The position numbers and the translations under genes were made by a program. A stretch of DNA of 64,000 nucleotides, taken from Neocallimastix sp. 'constans' (Eukaryota). Below are positions 55,605-64,000 of the stretch, piece after piece. Each line of letters begins with the position of its first letter. The stretch's first letter is position 1. Below the pieces are notes generated by a model. The model was not told where the DNA came from. It searched no databases and saw only the letters and a program-made list of their open reading frames with translations. The stretch covers positions 248,001 through 312,000 of the forward strand of contig JBODTK010000103.1 of NCBI GenBank assembly GCA_050613775.1, written 5' to 3'.

Positions 55605-56557
55605 GTTTTATTAACAAATAATCATATTTATTTTGATTTTTTTTATTGGAAAAATATGTTCAAGGTATACAATTAAAGAAGGTTATCTTATACTCTTTCA
55701 TTTTAAACTTTAAAAAAGTTTTTTTCTATTATACTAAAAAAATTTTTTTTTTATAAAAGTACTCACCTTTTCTTAATTATTCACAAATAATTTTATAGTA
55801 AATAATAGTAATAATAATAACAAAATAATAATAATAATAATAAAAATAAATTAACTTGAAAAAGTCCGTAAATAAAAAGATAAAAAGTAAAAATTTTTTT
55901 TCAATTCTTAAGAATGAGAACTTGTATTATTTCATTACTAAGGAATAATGATTTAAATTATTATATAACCAGTTAAAAAATAAATTTTAATTTTTTCTTA
56001 TTTTTATTATATACATTTTCTTTTTAAAGAATGAAAGAATGAATGAAAATTTCGTCCAGCTATATACTTTATCTACAATAAATTTTTAGAATATTACTTA
56101 TAAAACTTTTTTTCTAATATAAATAATCATCCTCATTAAATTCCATATTATTCTTATTTAATATCTGCATAAAATATACTTAATTTCCAATAATTAAAAA
56201 GTACCATAAAAAAAAATAAAATAAAAAAAAAAAACAGAAAAATAAAATTAAATATATTTTTATTTTAAATAGCTCATATTAAATTTAATATTAAAATATT
56301 TTATTATGTATTATTTTTTAATTATTAAAAACTTATTTTTATATATAATTATAATTACATAAACTTGAATGGAATTAAACACTGATGAATTATACATGTA
56401 TAATTAATTATTTAATTTTTTTAATTTTTAAAACTATGATATTTTAGAGTTTAATTATGAAGTAAATTTAATTTAAATTTAAATTTTTAATTTTTTTTTT
56501 TTTTTTTTATTAAAAAATAATAAAATTTAAAGAATATACACATATATAAATTAAATT

Positions 56558-56707
56558 ATATATATATTTATTGATTTTAAATATTAATTGATTTTATATG
56601 TTTTATATATATTTATTGATTTTAAATATTAATTGATTTTATATGTTTTATATATATTTATTGATTTTAAATATTAATTGATTTTATATGTTTTATATAT
56701 ATTTATT
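56558..56707. repeat. 45-bp tandem repeat, ~3.3 copies
   Basis: Units at 56561, 56606 and 56651, partial at 56696 (TATATATTTATTGATTTTAAATATTAATTGATTTTATATGTTTTA). Confidence 0.9.
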
Positions 56708-57743
56708 ATATTTTAAATATTATTAAACTTTTTTTTTTTTTCCAATTTTTTATATTTGAAATTCATTTATATATTAAATAAATTAGTATAAATATATTAT
56801 TAATATGTCCATTGCCATAAAATAATATGGAGTATGTCTATATTAGTTTTAATTGAAAGAGTTTAAAATAAAATTTAAAACAATATAATCCAATAAAATA
56901 AAATAACATTAGAAATAAAATTAAAAATAATTAATTTATACAGAAATAAAATGATTAATATATTATATAATAAATATAAAATAAACGGTCTTTTTATTCT
57001 TTAATATATATTAATATATATAGTTCATATATCTAAATATATATAAAATTATAAAATTTTTTTTATTGTATTATTTTATTTTATTTTTTTTTAAAAATAA
57101 TCTTTTTTTTTTGTTTTAAATAAAAACATTAAAAATTTCATTTTTTTTAATTTTTTTTTTTTTTTTAAAAATACACTCAAAAAATTATATTTTTATTATA
57201 AAAAGGCTATTAATAATAAACTAACAAAAAAGAAGAAGAAAAATAAAAAAGAATAAAATAAAAAGAAAATTAATAATTAATTAAAAAATATAAACTTTTT
57301 TATATATACTTAAAATTTTAATTAATTTTTTTTTAGATAATTAATACTTATTTATTATAAAAAAAAAACAATTAAAAAAATAAATTTCTTTCTATATGAA
57401 ATAAATTACAAAAAAAAAAAAAAAGAATTTTTTTATTACAATATTAAAAAATAAAAAACTTTGAACTATCTTTTTTTTTTAATAATACTCTTTTTCTTTT
57501 TTTTAAAAAAAAAATAATACAATTTAGAATATTTTTTTTTTTAAAAAAAAAAGAAAGGAGAAACCTCAACTATCTTATTTATTAATAAATTTTAAAAGAA
57601 ATTCTTTTTACATTTTATTTAATATATTATTTTAAAGTATTTCTTTCTTTTTTTTTTTTTTTAACAAAAAAAAAATTTCAACCTTAATAAATTTTAATTA
57701 TATAAATATATATATAAAAGAAATTAAGTAATTTTTTTTTTTC

Positions 57744-57790
<47 letters not shown>

Positions 57791-57815
57791 ATTAAATATA
57801 TTAATTTTAACAAAT

Positions 57816-57846
<31 letters not shown>

Positions 57847-58402
57847 TTTATTTATATAGATAAAAAATATTTTTTTTGTCCTTAATTAATATATTAAAAA
57901 AATATTTCTTTTAAAATTAAAAAACTTAAAGCACTATTTATTCTATTTATTACTATCACTTTTTTAATTTTTTTTTTTCTTGAAATTATAAACTATTTAT
58001 TAAACTGTTAGTATAATAATTTTTTCTTATATATATAATTTAATACCTATATTATTATTCCATTTTTAATATCTAAAAAAAAAAAATAAATAAAATAGAA
58101 AATTATAAAATATATATAGATATATATTTGAAGATATAAAATATTTTTTAAAAGTATTTTATATTTTTGTTACCTTTATTTCTTCTCTTGGAAATTAAAA
58201 TTCCATGAATTTAATTTACCCTCCATTTTTTTAATTTCAAAGAAAAAAAAATATATTTAAATATAAAATTTTAATGTAACTTTGACTAAATCTTTTTTTT
58301 TTTTTAATTCTTAATTTTTATTTTTATATTCTTTCAAATTATGAAAATTTATATATATATCTTAAAAACATGTTTTTTTTAGATACATAAACTTAATTAA
58401 AA

Positions 58403-59581
58403 ATGGTTAACACTGCTTTGAATATTAAGGATTGCAATAGACTTATCGTTGTTAGGTAAGTTATCTATTAAACAAAATTAAAATAAAATGGAATCATTTT
58501 AATTATTTATATATACACATATATATATATTTATCTATGAATGATATTAATTATAGTCTTAATAGTCTTAATAGTATAATAAAAAAAAGAAACTAATAAC
58601 TAAATTTGTTATAAATATATATATATATATGATTAAATTAAATTAAATTATTAAACATTAATATATTTGACCATGAATATTTATATCTTTTTTTTTTATT
58701 TATTTTATTTATATTTTTATGAATAGTCATTTACTTCCAACTGTTTGTCGTTTTAGAGGAAAATTATTAAAGAGTTCAGCGGTTAGTATAAGTTCCTATG
58801 AACAATACTTAGCTGAAAAAGAAGAAAGATATAAGAGTTTAGAACTAAATGTAAATTTCAATTCTAAATGGGAATTCACTCATCGTCAAAGCCATTCTGC
58901 TATGAATTCAGGTATTCAAGTTTTAAAACAGGAACTTGGTGCTGATAAGGTCATTCATTTAGGTTTACCAGGAGATTTAGAAACTGTTGAAGGTCAAAAA
59001 ATTTCATGGAGTGAATTAAATGAAAATTCTGAAATGAGGGAATCTTTAATTAATGAACTTTACTCTGAATTAAAACAAATTCCTTTATTAATCGAACCAG
59101 AAATCATTCATTCCTATTATAATGGATATTGTAAATCAGGTAAAATATATATATATATATTTATATAGAAAAAATTTTTTATTTTATTTTTTTGAATTTA
59201 GTAATTAATAAATGTTATTATATTCATCTATTTTTCCTTTTTAAAAGGATGTTATTATTGAGTTTATTATTTAGATACAATTTTTTTTAATTTAATCAAT
59301 AAAATAATTATTTGTAAAATAATTAATATATTATTATTATTTTTTATTAAATATAAATAAAATAATGATTTTTTTTTATTATAGTTCTTTGGCCATTATT
59401 TCACTACATCTTACAAAACTATAGTAGTGGTAGAAAGGAAAATGAATATTGGGAGGCTTATAAATTAGTTAATGAAATATTTACCAAAAAGATTGCTGAA
59501 ATTTATCAACCAGGAGATCTTAGTAATTATTTTTTAATATATTATATCTTTATATATTATAAATATTTTATTTAAAAACAA

Positions 59582-59612
<31 letters not shown>

Positions 59613-62600
59613 AATGAACATTCCATTTTATATAAAGAAATTAAATTTTTTAATTATTAATTATAATTTTAAAAAAATTTTTCAATATAAAAATAATGTA
59701 GTTTGGTTCCAAGATTATCATTTCCTTGTTGCTCCATCACTTTTAAGAAAAGCTATTCCAACTAGTACTATTGGTCTCTTCCTTCATACTCCATTCCCAA
59801 CCTCTGAAATCTTCAGAAGTTTAGCAAGTAAGTATAAAGAGTTAAATTAATTTTTTTTTCATTAAAAATCTCATCCTTATAAAAATATACTGTTATTGTT
59901 AATACATAAATAAAAAAAATAAAAATAAAAAATATGATAATATTAAATATGATTAAAACTGAATCGTATGATATAAAAACTTTAATTATTATCAAAATTA
60001 TACTTTAATGTAAAAAATATCATATATTACAATATAAATGAATATATATAAAAATTAATATAATTTTTTTTTGTGAATCAAAAATTTTTAATTGAAAATA
60101 AATAATAAATAAAATAAATAAAAAAAATTAATTAAAAAATATAATAATAATAAATTATAATGAATTAATAATGATAGTAATAATAAATTATAATAAAATT
60201 AATTAATTAAAGAATAGCAAAAAAAAAAAATAAAAACGATGTAAAAAAAACAAAATAATTATGAAAATAAGAAAAAAAATATTAATTATATTATTATTAT
60301 TATTATTATTTAAAAAAATATAGAAAAGAAGGATATTCTTAAGGGTATTTTAGGCAGTAACTTAGTTGGTTTCCAAGTAAGTATATAATCGTTTGATATA
60401 AATAAAATTAATCCATTAAATATTCTTATAATTAAAAATATTATTAAATATTTAAAAATTAAAAAAAAAAATTTTTTTTATTTTGTATGTGTATATTATC
60501 TCTGTATTCATCATAATAGACTTACTCTTACAGTAGACATTTTATTAGTAATTGTACTAGAATTCTAGGTTTAGAATCAACTCCAAGAGGTATTGAGTAC
60601 AATGGTAGTGTAACTTCAGTTGAAATCTTCCCAATTGGTATTGATGTTGAAAATCTTCAAAAAGAATTGTAAGTGAAATAAAAAGATAAATAAATAAATA
60701 ATATTTTTATATTAATAATAATAATAATAAATAATAATAAATAATAATATTAACAACAACAACAATAATAAATAATAATATTAACAACAATAATAATAAA
60801 AAATAATAATATTAACAATAATAATAATAAAAAATAATAATATTATTATTATTATCATTATTTTAAAAATAAAAAAAAATAAAAAGAATAAAATAATTGG
60901 ATAATATAAATAATAATTAATATTAATTTAATAATATTTTTTATGTTTTTTATAAATATTATATTATTTATTTTCTTTAAATAGAAATACATCAAGTATT
61001 ATAAAGAAAATTGCCTCTTTCAGAGAAAGATATGCTGGTAAAAAGATTATTATTGGTTCTGATAGTTTAGATAAGACTAAGGGAGTTGAATATAAGTTGA
61101 AAGCTTATCAAAAATTCTTAAGACTTTATCCAGAATGGCAAAGTAAGGTTATTTTAATTCAAATTACTAATCAAAATACTGAAAATGAAAATAATGTTGC
61201 TTTACAATCTGAAATTTCTGAAATGGTTTCTCGTATTAATGGAGAGTTCGGTACAATCGAACATCAACCTCTCTTATATTATCAAAATAGAATTGATAGA
61301 CAAGAATATTATGCTTTATTAAGTATTGCTGATGTTGCTTTAATTACATCTCTTCGTGATGGTATGAATACTATGTCTTATGATTATATTGTTTGTCAAA
61401 AAGGTAATAATTTTTTTTCTTTCCTATTTAATATAATATATTAAGTATTTATTTAATTATTAATTATCATAATAAAGTCATAAATTTTAAATGAATAGAT
61501 AAATATATATTTATATATATCAATGGAAAAAAAATGTTTTTATTTTATAATAATATTTAATTTTAATTTCTTTTTTAAATTTCAACTTTAATTTTTTTCT
61601 TTTTAAATTTGTAATTTAAAGATAACTTTGGTCCTTTAATTTTAAGTGAATTTACTGGTGTCGCTGGTTCATTAAGTGATGCTTTAATGATAAATCCATG
61701 GGATCAAACGGTAAATTAAATCTTAAAAATATTTATTAAAAAAATTTTTTTTTTAAAAAATAAAAAATAAAATAAAGTTTTTTTTTTTTTATATTGAATA
61801 TAAAATATGTCATTAAATAAATTATAAACAATTTTATATATACCTTTTATTTTAATTTATATAAAAAAAATATTTTTTTTTAATAGGGTATTGCTAATGC
61901 CATTTATGAAGCATTAACTATGCCAAAGGAAGAACAAATTATCAAGCACAAGGTAATTAATTAATTTTTTTATATATTTTTTTAAAATAATTTAAATGAA
62001 GAAAATTATTAACAGAAAAAAAAAAAAAATAAAATAAAAAAAAAAAAAAAAAAAAAAGAAAAGAAAAATTAATAAATAGAAAAAAAATAAAATATAAATT
62101 AAATTTATATATAATTATTATTATTAATTTTTTTTTTAAATATATATATATATTTTTTTATTGGAATTATTATTTTAATTTTTTTTTATAATAAAAATGG
62201 ATAATTAAAATACGATACCATACAATACAATACAAAAAAAAAAAAAAAAAAAAAAAAAAAGCATTTATATAAAATTGTTTCTACTCAAACCGTTCAATCA
62301 TGGGCAAAATCATTTGTTATTGAATTACTTAGAAATTCTTATTCTTATGATCCATCTGTTCCAATTCCTTTATTGGAAAGAAACACTATTAAGGAAAAGT
62401 ATATTCATGCTAAGAAGAGATTAATCTTTTTCGATTATGATGGCACCTTAACTCCAATTGTTAAGACACCTTCTGCTGCGGTTCCATCCATTGAAATGTT
62501 AGCAGCCTTACGTACTTTAACCTATGATCCAAATAATGTAGTCTTTATTATTTCTGGTCGTGATCAAGCTTTCTTAGATAAGCATCTTGGTCATATTAGA

Positions 62601-63185
62601 AATTTGGGTATGAGTGCTGAACATGGATTCTTAATTAAATATCCAGGTGGTGTTTGGATCAACTGTGAAAGTGATACTGATTTAACTTGGAGAAATGATG
62701 TAGAAAATATCTTCAATTTCTATACAGAACGTACTCAAGGTTCCTTTGTAGAAAAGAAGAAATGTGCCATTACATGGCATTATCGTTTAGCCGATCCAGC
62801 TTATGGTGCCTTCCAAGCAAAAGAATGTCAAAATCATATTGAAAATTCTGTTTTATCAAAATATCCTATTGAAATTTTACATGGAAAGAAGTGTCTTGAA
62901 GTTCGTCCAATTACCGTTAATAAGGGTGAAATTGTAAGACAATTAATGAATATTCATCCAGATTGTGACTTCGTTTTATGTGCTGGTGATGATAGAACAG
63001 ATGAAGATATGTTTAAGGCATTAGTTGAAAATGATATTGAAAAGGATAATATCTTTACAACCATTGTTGGAGGAGCCTCTAAAAAATCAATTGCTCATTG
63101 GAGAGTTTCTGAACCTAAGGATTTAATTGATGTTATGGAGGTTTTAGCTCAATGTACTGCTAATGATATTTCTAAGACTAACTAA
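58403..63185 (+). CDS. TPS2: Trehalose-6-phosphate synthase/phosphatase family protein (GT20 + HAD TPP), Tps2-like, ~809 aa
   Basis: Exons 58403-58455, 58727-59139, 59385-59522, 59702-59827, 60324-60376, 60520-60668, 60985-61403, 61622-61710, 61887-61952 and 62262-63185 (2430 nt). GT20 motifs YYNGYCKSVLWPLFHY, IWFQDYH, GLFLHTPFPTSEIFR, FPIGID, TSLRDGMN and LILSEFTG..INPWD; HAD motifs FDYDGTL, ISGR, SAEHG and GDDRTDEDMF. Confidence 0.93.
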
Positions 63186-63768
63186 ATTAGTAATTAATCA
63201 CTGAATTAAAAAAAAAAATTTTTTTTTTATATTTTTTCTAATCTATTCAAAAATAGAAGACAGAAAAAAAAATTAACAAAGATATAATTAATGATAATAA
63301 TAATAATAATAATAATTATATAAAGTAATAATTAGAAATAATTAGTAATATTCAATATAGAAAAAAAAAAAAGTAAAAAATTTACATAGCCTACAACTAA
63401 AAAATTAAACCAATAAATAAATAAATAAATAATAAAAATAATGAAATGGAAAAAAAATTAAAATAATAATAATAATAATAAATACTAAATACTAAATACA
63501 AAGTAATAAACAAAATAAAGAAATTAAAATCCATTAAATTCTTATTTGCTTACGCTGAATTGCAACAAAAAATTTAAAAATAAAATCAAATAATAAAACA
63601 AAATAAAACAAAGAAAATAATAATATTACAAATATTAATAATAAAAGCAGAAAAAAATAACAAAAAAAAAAAAACAGTTGAATAAAATATTAAACGAAAA
63701 TTAAAGAAAATAAAAAATAAAATAATAAAAAAAAAAAGTAAATAATAATAAATAATAATAATGCAAGC

Positions 63769-63809
<41 letters not shown>

Positions 63810-64000
63810 TCATATATATTCGTATATACTATTATTTATTATTTTTTTATAAATATATAAAATAAAATAAAAATTAGTTAAATATATGAAAATATTTGAT
63901 ATTGGTCATTGAAAATTAAGAAGGGCTCATTAAAATATAAAAAAAAATTAACACGTATCAATGAAAAAGGAAAACAGTAAAATTAAAATATACAAAAATA

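Noticed and set aside
56558..56707. Regular repeats as a possible CRISPR array (also 53584-53738)
   Set aside because: Head-to-tail or degenerate repeats without unique constant-length spacers, no cas genes, and a eukaryotic context.

Overview
Extremely AT-rich, intron-rich eukaryotic DNA. Composition, homopolymer-filled introns and gene content suggest an anaerobic gut fungus (Neocallimastigomycota; inference). Nine protein-coding genes can be reconstructed, with GT-AG exon models that keep frame for the spliced ones: NAF1 (-, runs off the left edge), an intronless secreted GH25 muramidase, a VIT1/CCC1-family transporter, a YND1-like apyrase (-), a CBS-pair/PB1 protein (-), a Nudix hydrolase, a small Cys-rich protein with a GPI-like tail, a large low-complexity protein with a repeated K-x-x-F-E motif, and a TPS2-like trehalose-phosphate synthase/phosphatase. 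The main non-genic find is an intact 1.3-kb non-coding LTR retroelement (TRIM-like, 53067-54367). It has identical 198-bp LTRs, a CTATA target-site duplication and a PPT. Its primer-binding site matches the anticodon arm of tRNA-Lys(CUU) rather than a tRNA 3' end, and an internal antisense copy of that PBS is present. Also found: a candidate H/ACA guide hairpin for the 18S rRNA site equivalent to yeast Psi1290 (~31.8 kb), frequent AAG/poly-A 3' splice sites, a CACGTG-bearing repeat array, and several satellites and palindromes. All family assignments come from motif recognition; no searches were run.
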